A stretch of 64,000 bases of DNA from Dehalococcoidia bacterium (GCA_963662615.2 CAXXSR010000002.1:96001-160000); one strand, 5' to 3'; positions 21,868 through 30,580 are shown, counted from the first letter of the stretch. Notes: generated by a model from the letters alone, not told the origin. Numbers and translations are program-made.

Positions 21868-22962
21868 TCAGATCGCCTCGGCGATGAGCGTGCCCAGGGT
21901 GGCGGTCTCGATCGCAGGCTCGCCTTCCGTGACGAGGTCGGCCGAGCGATGGCCCGCTTGCAGCACCTGTTCCACGGCGCGCTCGACGGCGGCTGCCTCA
22001 GGCTCCAGGCCGAGCGACAGGCGCAGCATCAGGGCGACGCTGAGGATCGCCGCGACGGGGTTGGCGACGCCCTTGCCGGCGATGTCGGGCGCGGTGCCAT
22101 GGATGGGTTCGTAGAGGCCCAGGTTCGTGCCCCCACCGCGACGGCGCCGTGCGCCCAGGCTGGCGCTGGGCAGCATGCCCATGGAGCCGACGAGCATGGA
22201 GGCTTCATCCGTGAGGATGTCGCCGAAGAGGTTCTCGGTGACGATGACGTCGAAGTCGGCGGGGCGGCGGATCAGCTGCATGGCGCAGGTGTCGACGAGG
22301 AGGTGCTCCAGCCGCACGTCGGCGAAGTCGCGGGCGACCTCCAGGGCGATCTCCCGCCAGAGGCGAGAGCTATCGAGGATGTTGGCCTTGTCGACGCTGG
22401 TGAGATGGCGTCGCCTGCCGCGGGCCAGCTCGAAGCCGAGGCGGAGGATGCGCTCGATCTCGCGCTCGCTGTATTTGAGGGTGTCGACGGCCTTGCGGCC
22501 GCGGCTGTCGCGCCAGCGCCGCTGGGGCTTGCCGAAGTAGATGCCGCCGGTGAGCTCGCGCAGGACGACCAGGTCCACACCCTCAACGATGTGGGCTTTG
22601 AGCGTGCTGCTGTCTGCCAGGAAGCCGAAGACTTTGACGGGGCGAATGTTGGCGAACAGGCCCAGCTCCTTGCGCAGGCCCAAGATGGCGTCCTCAGGCC
22701 GGGCCGTGGCTTGGGGGCCGTCCCACTTGGGGCCACCGACGGCGCCGAAGAGGACGGCGTCCTGACGGCGGCAGAGCTCGAGGTCCTCGGGTCGGAGGGC
22801 GACGCCATAGGCGTCGATGGCGCCGCCGCCGACGCGCGCCTCGGCGTAGTCGAAGGCGTGGCCGAAGCGTTGGGCGACGGCGTCCAGGACCTTGACGGCC
22901 TCGGCGATCACCTCGGGGCCGATGCCGTCGCCGGGGAGGAGGGCAATCTTGAAGGCGGCCAC
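21868..22962 (-). CDS. leuB: 3-isopropylmalate dehydrogenase
   Basis: [53 protein letters not shown]. Confidence 0.97.
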   Translation of the reverse strand: MAAFKIALLPGDGIGPEVIAEAVKVLDAVAQRFGHAFDYAEARVGGGAIDAYGVALRPEDLELCRRQDAVLFGAVGGPKWDGPQATARPEDAILGLRKELGLFANIRPVKVFGFLADSSTLKAHIVEGVDLVVLRELTGGIYFGKPQRRWRDSRGRKAVDTLKYSEREIERILRLGFELARGRRRHLTSVDKANILDSSRLWREIALEVARDFADVRLEHLLVDTCAMQLIRRPADFDVIVTENLFGDILTDEASMLVGSMGMLPSASLGARRRRGGGTNLGLYEPIHGTAPDIAGKGVANPVAAILSVALMLRLSLGLEPEAAAVERAVEQVLQAGHRSADLVTEGEPAIETATLGTLIAEAI

Positions 22963-23063
22963 CGCTGGCTCCAGATCTCTGGGCTCAGTAGAGCGCGCCG
23001 GAGGCCTGGGGGGAAGGGATTCGGACGGGCTCAGTGTAGCACGCGGAGAGGGCAATTGGTTAC

Positions 23064-23092
23064 TTGACACACCTGACCGCATGTTCTAGCCT
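23064..23092 (+). promoter_or_regulatory. transposase promoter within IRL
   Basis: TTGACA-N17-TAGCCT, then AGGAG SD. Confidence 0.75.
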
Positions 23093-23114
23093 GCCTCCAG
23101 TTTAGGAGTCGGCC

Positions 23115-24104
23115 ATGAGCACCCCAGCGCCCAGCTACCTGGAAGTCCTGAAGTGGTCGGATGCCGAGTGCCGCGCCTACCTGGAGGCGCAACGCTGGCC
23201 CACCGGCCCCGCCTGCCCGAAGTGCGGGAACATCGGGGCGTGGACGATCACGCGCCGGTCCAAGACCAAGAACAAGGTGTCGCAGTTCTACTGCTGCAAG
23301 GCGTGCAAGCGGCAGTTCACTGCCACCGTGGGAACCATCTTCGAGGACAGCAAGATTCCGCTGTCCAAGTGGTTCGCGGCGATATACCTCATGTGTGAGT
23401 CCAAGAAGGGCGTGAGCGCCCACCAGCTCCACCGCCAGCTTGGGATTCAATACCGCTCGGCCTGGTACATGTGCCACCGCATCCGCGAGGCGATGCGGGA
23501 GAAGGGGCCGCGCCCGATACTGACCGGCGCGATTGAGGCGGACGAGACCTACGTTGGAGGCAAGGTGCGCGGCGCGCCGATGGCCCGCTCACGTCGCAAG
23601 GCGCGCAAGGGCCAAGCGTACGCCCTCGGGGACAAGGTCATCGTGTTCGGTCTGCTCCAGCGCGGCGGCGAAGCGCGCACGATAGTGATCCCCAACGTCA
23701 AGCACGCAACCGCGCGGGGGCGACTCGCCCGCCACATCGACTTCAGCAAGGCGAAGCTCTATACGGACGGCCACCCGGCCTATCGCGGGATACGGCACTT
23801 CCTGCCGCACGCTTACGTGGACCATGAGCGGGAGTACGTGAAGCGCGATGCCCCCGAAGTTCACACGCAGGGGATCGATGGCTATTGGAGCATCCTCAAG
23901 CGCGGGCTAACCGGCGTGTTTCACCACGTCGGGCCGGCCTACCTGCCCCAATACCTGCATGAGTTCGAGTACCGCTTCAATCGTCGTCAGATAACGGACG
24001 CGGAGCGGTTTCAGGCGCTGCTTGGGCAGGTGACTGGTCGGCTGGAGTGGTATCGGGAGCGTCCGGCGCTGGGGGGCGCTTCGGAGCCCGAATCAGCTTC
24101 TTGA
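23115..24104 (+). CDS. IS1595-family (ISXO2-like) transposase
   Basis: RWP..CPKCG..CKACKRQF zinc ribbon, SKKGVSAHQLHRQL HTH, EADETYVGG, YTDG, HTQGIDGYWSILKR, YLHEFEYRFN. Confidence 0.95.
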   Translation: MSTPAPSYLEVLKWSDAECRAYLEAQRWPTGPACPKCGNIGAWTITRRSKTKNKVSQFYCCKACKRQFTATVGTIFEDSKIPLSKWFAAIYLMCESKKGVSAHQLHRQLGIQYRSAWYMCHRIREAMREKGPRPILTGAIEADETYVGGKVRGAPMARSRRKARKGQAYALGDKVIVFGLLQRGGEARTIVIPNVKHATARGRLARHIDFSKAKLYTDGHPAYRGIRHFLPHAYVDHEREYVKRDAPEVHTQGIDGYWSILKRGLTGVFHHVGPAYLPQYLHEFEYRFNRRQITDAERFQALLGQVTGRLEWYRERPALGGASEPESAS

Positions 24105-24171
24105 TCGCGTCCGCGAAGTTCAGCGGGTGGAGCGAGACGCGGGTGTCCTGATGCTTCCCGTCGTGTGCCAT
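23977..24171 (-). CDS. small ORF convergent with and overlapping the transposase 3' end
   Basis: MAHDGKHQDTRVSLHPLNFADAIKKLIRAP; upstream minus-strand promoter at 24374-24402. Confidence 0.5.
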   Translation of the reverse strand: MAHDGKHQDTRVSLHPLNFADAIKKLIRAPKRPPAPDAPDTTPADQSPAQAAPETAPRPLSDDD

Positions 24172-24315
24172 AGCGCCTGATCAGTTCCTGCTCTCCAACG
24201 GACATGCCACGATATGACCGCGGTCACTACCGCGCAACCACTATATGTTGGGGTCCATCTTCATAAGGGGGTTATCTCCCTAGTAGAAAGCCCTAAACTG
24301 GCCCTTAACCAGAAC

Positions 24316-24528
24316 CGCCCGCTTGTGGCGGGCGACCGGCGGACTCACACGGCTGGGGACCACGACAATCCCTAGCTTACGCAGCCCGTCGATCCCCGTC
24401 AAGCGCGAGCTTTTGGCTATGTCTCGCCATTTTCCGGCGCAAGCCGGCTGGTCGTCTCCTACATGGTGGGAGGCGAAAACTGACCCGGAAGGTCGCCGCT
24501 CAGTGAGTGGGGCAAGCGACCTTCCGGG
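24316..24528 (+). ncRNA. candidate structured RNA inside the IS
   Basis: six consecutive hairpins, G-U pairs and a GCAA tetraloop that fold on the + strand. Confidence 0.5.
24374..24402 (-). promoter_or_regulatory. antisense sigma70-type promoter inside the IS
   Basis: TTGACG-N17-TAAGCT on the minus strand. Confidence 0.6.
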
Positions 24529-24661
24529 CCCCTGGAGGTGATATATGGCGCGATACCCCGTCGCGTCGATAGAACGGTAGGCCCCTCAGGGGCCAACGCT
24601 ACTACTGAACCTTGGCAAGGCCCAGGGCTCTGGATTGTACATAACTCAGCAAAGGAATGCT

Positions 24662-24970
24662 ATGCCTATCAACAGCGATCGCTACGCCTTCACCCCGGAA
24701 AACATCGAGCTGGCCCCGAACGACGCTGGCGTTTATCAGTTGGAAGACGCTGGCGGCATTACCTATATCGGGCGTGCGGCGGGACGGACTGTCACGATCC
24801 ATAGTCGTCTACGGGACCACCAGAGCGGGCGAGAAGGACCGTGCACTCAGGTAGCGACGCATTACCGCCGTGATGTGACCAATCAGGCCGCTGACCGAGA
24901 GGAGAAGCTGCTAGAGGAGCACTTACGGCAACACCGGCGGTTGCCCCGCTGCAACGATGTGATGCCGTAG
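24662..24970 (+). CDS. minimal GIY-YIG nuclease-like protein (102 aa), IS passenger
   Basis: APNDAGVYQL..ITYIGRA..SRLRDH..EEKLL..LPRCN matches the GIY-YIG/R/H/E/N layout; AAGGA SD. Confidence 0.75.
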   Translation: MPINSDRYAFTPENIELAPNDAGVYQLEDAGGITYIGRAAGRTVTIHSRLRDHQSGREGPCTQVATHYRRDVTNQAADREEKLLEEHLRQHRRLPRCNDVMP

Positions 24971-24976
24971 CTGGAC

Positions 24977-25207
24977 TCACTTGATCCAGGTTGCGCGACA
25001 GAGGCCGGTGAGGGCAGTACCTGAGCCGGCCTCTTCGCCATCTCGATCGAAAACAAACTCGCGATTGCCGAGGGACAGGTCGCCGTACACGCGCAGACGG
25101 CTCGTCCCGTCCTCAACAGTCTCGAACTGGAAGCTGAGGCCCGACACCGGGTCCTCGATCATCTGCTCCTTGACCGTCCACGGGCGGCCACCGGGCTTTA
25201 TCGGCAT
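24977..25207 (-). CDS. hypothetical protein (76 aa), IS passenger
   Basis: GAGGTG SD, beta-rich sequence, convergent with the GIY-YIG gene. Confidence 0.65.
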   Translation of the reverse strand: MPIKPGGRPWTVKEQMIEDPVSGLSFQFETVEDGTSRLRVYGDLSLGNREFVFDRDGEEAGSGTALTGLCRATWIK

Positions 25208-25500
25208 GACCCACCTCGCCCGTCCACACCCGCCGCGCCACTCAAACGTGAGCGGCTCCTATGGTCAAGACCACCACCACCGCGTTGACATCGCGTCTCA
25301 TCCATAGTACGTCCGTTCAGGTGTGTCTAATGCTCAATTACCCGGAGAGCGATATTACAACCGCTTTTGGCGTATCACCAGATGGCGGGTGGCTGAAACG
25401 GGGGGCTGGGGCCAGCAGATGGACAGGGTGAGGACAGGGGAGGGACACGGAGAGGCAGGCAGGGGACAGGGATCGGGCGGGGTCGGGACGGGGAGGGGAC

Positions 25501-25620
25501 AGGTCACTGCGTGCCGGGTCACTGCGTGACGGCCCGGTGGGGGATGGGTCACTGCGTGCCGGGTCACTGCGTGACAGCCCGCTGGGGGACGGGTCACTGC
25601 GTGACGGCCCGCTGGGGAAC
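25501..25620. repeat. 8 x 15-bp mosaic tandem array (GGGTCACTGCGTGMC and RGCCCGSTGGGGRAY units)
   Basis: read directly; order A'-A-B-A'-A-B-A-B. Confidence 0.9.
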
Positions 25621-25699
25621 GGCGATGGCTCCCTTACTCGTCTGTTCCGCTGCGGTCCGAGTTTAGCCATCCCTCCGAGATGGCTCGTTCGCGGGTGAC

Positions 25700-25864
25700 T
25701 CAACAGCCCGGATCGCCGTAGCGGCCGCAGCAGTTCTGGCGCCTGCGGGGGCGGTACGACCAGTTGACGAGCATGCGTTTGAGGTCAGCCGGGGAGCGGA
25801 CGCGGCGCATGTTCGTGACGGCGTCGCGGAGGGAGGGGCGCAGGCTGGGAGCGTCGTCGCACAT
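25700..25864 (-). CDS. small Cys-tailed protein (54 aa, ends CCGRYGDPGC)
   Basis: own translation MCDDAPSLRPSLRDAVTNMRRVRSPADLKRMLVNWSYRPRRRQNCCGRYGDPGC; below the ORF-track cutoff. Confidence 0.65.
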   Translation of the reverse strand: MCDDAPSLRPSLRDAVTNMRRVRSPADLKRMLVNWSYRPRRRQNCCGRYGDPGC

Positions 25865-26028
25865 GGGGTTGTTATTTCTCGGTTCGCCCTGCGACTTTTT
25901 CGCCCGCGCTCGCGACTCGTCTGGTCCCGCCCGGCGTGCGTGTCCGCTCGCGCCGGGGCTTGATGATCGGGGCGATGTCGGCGCCGTTCGCCCCTTCGAC
26001 AGGCTCCTTCTGCTACGCGAAGGACAGG

Positions 26029-26628
26029 TCAGGGTGAGCGGTGGGTCGTAGGCAGAAAGGGCGGGCGCTCGACTTCGAAGGCGTCGATGTGCGCTTCCTG
26101 CTCCAGCGTGAGGTCAATCCCGTCGAGACCGTCGAGGAGGGTGTGCTTGACGAAGGGGTCGATGTCGAAGGAGCGGGACCAGCCGTCGGGCGTGGCGACG
26201 GTCTGCGCGTCGAGGTTGACGGTGATGGCGGCGTCCGGGGTGTCGAGGGCGCGACGCATCAAGTGTTCCACGTCGGCGGGGGGCAGGGCGACGGTGAGGA
26301 GGCCCATCTTGGCGCTGTTGTTGCGGAAGATGTCGGCGAAGGTGGGCGCGATCACGGCCCTGACGCCCATCTGCTGGATGGCCCAGACGGCGTGCTCCCG
26401 CGAGGAGCCGCAGCCGAAGTTCGCGCCCGCCAGCAAGATGGAGGCGCCGGCGTACTGGGGCCGGTTGAGCACGAAGTCCGGGTCCTCCCGCCACGATTCG
26501 AAGACGAAGGCGCCGTAGCCGGTGCGCTCGATGCGCTTGAGGTATTTGGCGGGGATGATCTGGTCGGTGTCGACGTCGGCGCGGTCGAGGGGGATGGCGT
26601 GGCCGGTGACGGTCGAAACGGGGTCCAT
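26029..26628 (-). CDS. leuD: 3-isopropylmalate dehydratase small subunit
   Basis: DVDTDQIIP, NFGCGSSREHA, FADIFRNN. Confidence 0.97.
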   Translation of the reverse strand: MDPVSTVTGHAIPLDRADVDTDQIIPAKYLKRIERTGYGAFVFESWREDPDFVLNRPQYAGASILLAGANFGCGSSREHAVWAIQQMGVRAVIAPTFADIFRNNSAKMGLLTVALPPADVEHLMRRALDTPDAAITVNLDAQTVATPDGWSRSFDIDPFVKHTLLDGLDGIDLTLEQEAHIDAFEVERPPFLPTTHRSP

Positions 26629-26638
26629 ATGGCTACTC

Positions 26639-26893
26639 CTAGCCGCTTGCAGCGATACCGGATTCATCGACGCGGAGGGACCAGGTGAAGGCGCGCCGCG
26701 GCTCCGGCTCCTCCCCCAGCTCCCGGCGCGTCGCCAGCCAAGCAGCGATCGCCTCGTGAAGGTGCGTGCGCAGCTCGTCCAACGTCTCAGCCTGCGCGAC
26801 GCAGCCGGGCAGGTCAGTTACCTCGGCCCAGTAGCCACCCTCCTCCGCCTCGTACACGGCGACGGTGTAGGCGGTGTCATCGTTCGTCGTCAT
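26639..26893 (-). CDS. HicB-family antitoxin
   Basis: EEGGYWAEVTDLPGCVAQAETLDEL..EAI. Confidence 0.85.
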   Translation of the reverse strand: MTTNDDTAYTVAVYEAEEGGYWAEVTDLPGCVAQAETLDELRTHLHEAIAAWLATRRELGEEPEPRRAFTWSLRVDESGIAASG

Positions 26894-27105
26894 CGTGCGT
26901 CCGCAAACTGCTCTGGTGTCACACCGGCGCGCCGAATGAGACGGTGAAGCAAACTGATCTTCAGCGTACCAGTCGGGATAGCGAGGAGCGCCCCGTTAGG
27001 CATCGTCACCATTCGGTAGTTCTTCCTCGTTCGCCGTTCCACGCCGCCCAACCCCACGAAGGCCGTGACCGCCTGCTCCTGGCGAACGTTGCGCAGTTGC
27101 GGCAT
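26890..27105 (-). CDS. HicA-like protein lacking the catalytic His
   Basis: 71 aa HicA layout (LKISLLHRLIRRAGVTPEQF) coupled to hicB; the GSH motif is replaced by RKNY. Confidence 0.65.
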   Translation of the reverse strand: MPQLRNVRQEQAVTAFVGLGGVERRTRKNYRMVTMPNGALLAIPTGTLKISLLHRLIRRAGVTPEQFADAR

Positions 27106-27121
27106 CGATAGTTCGAGGGCG

Positions 27122-28528
27122 CTAGCCCCACTCGCGGACGTCAACGAAGTGGCCGGCGATGGCGGCGGCGGCGGCCATGGGCGGGCTGACGAGGTGGGTG
27201 CGGCCGCCCTTGCCCTGACGGCCCTCAAAGTTGCGGTTGGAGGTGGAGGCGCAGCGCTCGCCCGGCTGGAGGATGTCCGGGTTCATGCCCAAGCACATGG
27301 AGCAGCCGGCCTCACGCCAGTCGAAGCCGGCGTCGCGGAAGATGTCGGCGAGGCCTTCGGCCTCGGCCTGCTGCTTCACCAAGCCGGAGCCCGGCACGAC
27401 CATGGCGCGGACGGTGGGGGCGACGCGCTTTCCCGCCACGACGGCGGCGGCGGCGCGCAGGTCCTCCACGCGGGCGTTGGTGCAGGAGCCGATGAAGACG
27501 CGGTCCAGGGGGATATCGGCAATGGGCGTTCCGGTACGAAGGTCCTGGTACTTGAGGGCGCGGTGAGCGGTCTCGCGGGTGGCGCGGTCCGGCATCGCCT
27601 CCGGGTCCGGCACGGCCCCGGTGACGGGGACACTTTGGGCCGGGTTCGTCCCCCAGGTGACAAAGGGCACGATCTCGTCGCCACCGATGACGACTTCCTT
27701 GTCGAAGGTGGCGCCGTCGTCCGTGGGGAGCTGTCGCCAAGCAGCGAGGGCGGCGTCCCATTGCCCGTCCTGGGGGGCGAAGGGGCGGCCGCGAACGTAG
27801 TCGAAGGTGGTCTCGTCGGGCGCGACGAGGCCGGCGCGGGCGCCGCCCTCAATGGTCATGTTGCAGACGGTCATGCGCCCTTCCATGGAGAGGCTGCGGA
27901 TCACGTCGCCGTGGTATTCGATGACGTGGCCGGTGCCGCCGCTGACCCCGATGCGGTTGATGATGGTGAGGATGACGTCTTTGGCGGTGCAGCCGTCGGG
28001 CAGGGCGCCGGTGACCTCCACGGACATTTGCTTGACCGGCCGTTGCGCAAGCGTCTGGGTGGCGAGGACGTGCTCCACCTCCGTCGTGCCGATGCCGAAG
28101 GCGAGCGCGCCGAAGGCGCCGTGGGTGGAGGTGTGGCTGTCGCCACAGACGATGGTGAGGCCGGGCTGCGTCAGCCCCTGCTCGGGACCAATGATGTGGA
28201 CGATGCCCTGGCGCAGGTCACGGACGTCAATGAGGGGGACGCCGAAGTCGTGGCAGTTGGAACGGAGCGCTTCCACCTGTTGCTGCGCGAGGGGGTCGGC
28301 GAACGGCTCGGTGCGATTGTCGGTGGGGACGTCATGGTCGGGCACGGCAATGGTGAGATCGGGGCGGCGGACGCGGCGCCCGTTGAGCCGGAGCCCCTCG
28401 AAGGCTTGGGCGGAGGTGACCTCATGGATCAGGTGCAGGTCCACGTAGAGCAAGTCGGGGGCGCCTTGCTCGCGCCGGGCCAAGTGGCTCTCCCAGATCT
28501 TCTGGGCCAGGGTGCGCGCTTGCGGCAT
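27122..28528 (-). CDS. leuC: 3-isopropylmalate dehydratase large subunit
   Basis: [46 protein letters not shown]. Confidence 0.98.
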   Translation of the reverse strand: MPQARTLAQKIWESHLARREQGAPDLLYVDLHLIHEVTSAQAFEGLRLNGRRVRRPDLTIAVPDHDVPTDNRTEPFADPLAQQQVEALRSNCHDFGVPLIDVRDLRQGIVHIIGPEQGLTQPGLTIVCGDSHTSTHGAFGALAFGIGTTEVEHVLATQTLAQRPVKQMSVEVTGALPDGCTAKDVILTIINRIGVSGGTGHVIEYHGDVIRSLSMEGRMTVCNMTIEGGARAGLVAPDETTFDYVRGRPFAPQDGQWDAALAAWRQLPTDDGATFDKEVVIGGDEIVPFVTWGTNPAQSVPVTGAVPDPEAMPDRATRETAHRALKYQDLRTGTPIADIPLDRVFIGSCTNARVEDLRAAAAVVAGKRVAPTVRAMVVPGSGLVKQQAEAEGLADIFRDAGFDWREAGCSMCLGMNPDILQPGERCASTSNRNFEGRQGKGGRTHLVSPPMAAAAAIAGHFVDVREWG

Positions 28529-28844
28529 ACGTCAGCCTCTCGATCGCCCGCGGGCGGGTGTGGAGCTTCGCCATTTCCGAGAGCGCCGCTCGCTCCTTCG
28601 GCCCGTCGGCAAGCTCAGAGTGAGCGGCGCAGCTGTGGGGCTGCGCGACGCGCCGAAGCGCGTCGGACTTTCATTCTAAAGGTTACGCTGGCATTCTAGC
28701 GGCTGCGCGGAACGCGCCAAGGGGGCATCGCCAGGGGGGCCAGGACGACTACAGGGGCAGGGCGGAACAGCGATCCCGCCCGGTGGCGCCATTGCGACCG
28801 TTTTGCAGCCGGCCGTCGTCGTGCAGCCCGCCGTCAGCGCGGCG

Positions 28845-30398
28845 CTAGGGGACGCGCTCTTGCCTGCTGGCCGCCTTCGCGCCGACCTTCCCGGTGAGGT
28901 AGCGGTTGACGGCGTTCATGTAGGCGCGCGCGCTGGCCACCAAGATGTCCTGGTCGGAGGCGCGCCCCGTGTAGATGACGCCCTCCACCTCAATGCGAAT
29001 GGTGACCTCGCCCTGGGCATCAAGGCCTTCCGTGGCGGCGGTGACGGCGTACTCCGTGAGCGTATCCGTCATCCCCGTGATCCCGCGGATGGTGCGATAG
29101 ATCGCGTGGACCGGGCCGCTGCCGGTCTCCGCGGCGGTGTGGATCTCGCCATCAGGGCCGCGCAGAGTGATGCTGGCGGTGGGCGTGGTGCCGGTGCCCG
29201 TGGTCACGTTGATGGACTCCAGATGCCAGGCTTCCTCGGTTTGGCCGAGGCGGTCGGCGACGATCGCTTCGAGGTCGCGGTCGTCCACGACGTCCTTGCG
29301 GTCGGCGAGATCCTGGAAGCGAAGAAAGGCGCGGTTGAACTCTTCGTCCTCGAGCTCGAAGCCCAGGTCCAGGAGGCGCGAGCGGACGCCGGCACGGCCG
29401 GAGAGCTTGCTGAGCACGAACTGGCTGCCCTCGGCCCAGCCCACTTCGTGCGGGTCCATGATCTCGTAGGTCTCACGCAGCTTGACGACGCCGTCCTGAT
29501 GGATGCCGGACTGGTGACGGAAGGCGTTGAGGCCGACGATGGCCTTGTTGGGCTGGACGTGCATGCCGGCGAACTCCTGGACCATGCGCGAGGCCGGCAC
29601 CAGGTACTTCGGTTCGACGTTGGTCTCCGCGTCCATGAAGTCTCGGCGCGTGCGGATGGCCATCACGATCTCCTCCAGGGAGGCGTTGCCGGCGCGCTCG
29701 CCGAGCCCGTTGATCGTGCACTCCACCTGGCGCGCGCCGGCGAGCACGGCGGCGAGGCTGTTGGCGCTGCTGAGGCCAAGGTCGTTGTGGCAGTGGACTG
29801 AGAGCGCGACCTTGTCCGCGCCGGGAACGTTCTCCAGGATGTCGCGAATGAAGGCCTCAAACTCTTCGGGGATGGCGTAGCCCACGGTGTCGGGAATATT
29901 GATGGTGGTGGCGCCCGCCTCAATGACCTCCTTGAGCATGCGGAGGACAAAGTCGCGGTCGGAGCGGGTGGCGTCCATGGGACTGAATTCCACGTTCTCC
30001 ACATTGGTTTTGGCGCGCGCGACCATCTCGCGCGCCTGCAGGAGGACGTCCTCGCGATCCTTGCGCAGCTGATGGGCCATGTGGATGTCGGAGCTGCTGA
30101 GGAAGACGTGGAGACGGGGCTCTTCGGCGTGGGCGATGGCGGCCCAACCCTGGTCGACGTCGTTGGGAACGGCGCGGCAGAGGGTGGCGATGGAGGTGCC
30201 GCGCACCTCCTTGGCGATACGGCTGACGGCGTCGAAGTCGGCGGGGCTGGCGGCGGCGAAGCCGGCTTCGATGCAATCGACCTGCATGCGCTCGAGCAGC
30301 TTGGCGATCTGCAGCTTCTCCTCGGCGGAGAAGCTGACGCCGGCGGCCTGCTCACCGTCGCGGAGGGTGGTGTCGAAGATCTTGACTCGATCTGGCAT
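28845..30398 (-). CDS. leuA: 2-isopropylmalate synthase
   Basis: IFDTTLRDGEQ, SVHCHNDLG, GERAGNA, HQSGIHQDG. Confidence 0.97.
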   Translation of the reverse strand: MPDRVKIFDTTLRDGEQAAGVSFSAEEKLQIAKLLERMQVDCIEAGFAAASPADFDAVSRIAKEVRGTSIATLCRAVPNDVDQGWAAIAHAEEPRLHVFLSSSDIHMAHQLRKDREDVLLQAREMVARAKTNVENVEFSPMDATRSDRDFVLRMLKEVIEAGATTINIPDTVGYAIPEEFEAFIRDILENVPGADKVALSVHCHNDLGLSSANSLAAVLAGARQVECTINGLGERAGNASLEEIVMAIRTRRDFMDAETNVEPKYLVPASRMVQEFAGMHVQPNKAIVGLNAFRHQSGIHQDGVVKLRETYEIMDPHEVGWAEGSQFVLSKLSGRAGVRSRLLDLGFELEDEEFNRAFLRFQDLADRKDVVDDRDLEAIVADRLGQTEEAWHLESINVTTGTGTTPTASITLRGPDGEIHTAAETGSGPVHAIYRTIRGITGMTDTLTEYAVTAATEGLDAQGEVTIRIEVEGVIYTGRASDQDILVASARAYMNAVNRYLTGKVGAKAASRQERVP

Positions 30399-30502
30399 TG
30401 GCGTACCTGTCCTTGCGTTTTTGGGGCGGGCGGCGCGCGGGAGGACCGCAGGGAGATAGCGCGGGGACGCAGACGGAAGCCGCCGCCCCGGCCGGCCGAT
30501 AG

Positions 30503-30580
30503 CTAGCGGGGCCGGCCAAGGACGCCACGGGCCGAGGCAGCCCGCGGGTTTTTTTCTCCATCGCGTGTGGTGTCGCGCAT
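30503..30580 (-). promoter_or_regulatory. putative leader peptide/attenuator of leuA
   Basis: CATAAT -10 box then ORF MRDTTRDGEKNPRAASARGVLGRPR*, followed by alternative GC hairpins. Confidence 0.35.

Larger units (their letters stand above)
23051..25342 (+). mobile_element. IS1595-family element with passenger genes (2292 bp)
   Basis: IRL GGCAATTGGTTACTTGACACACCTGA vs IRR revcomp GGTAATTGAGCATTAGACACACCTGA (20/26); flanking direct repeat CGGAGAG at 23044-23050 and 25343-25349. Confidence 0.92.

Noticed and set aside
25501-25620. CRISPR or guide-type array
   Set aside because: Units are 15 bp, the intervening units are themselves repeats rather than unique spacers, and no cas genes are present
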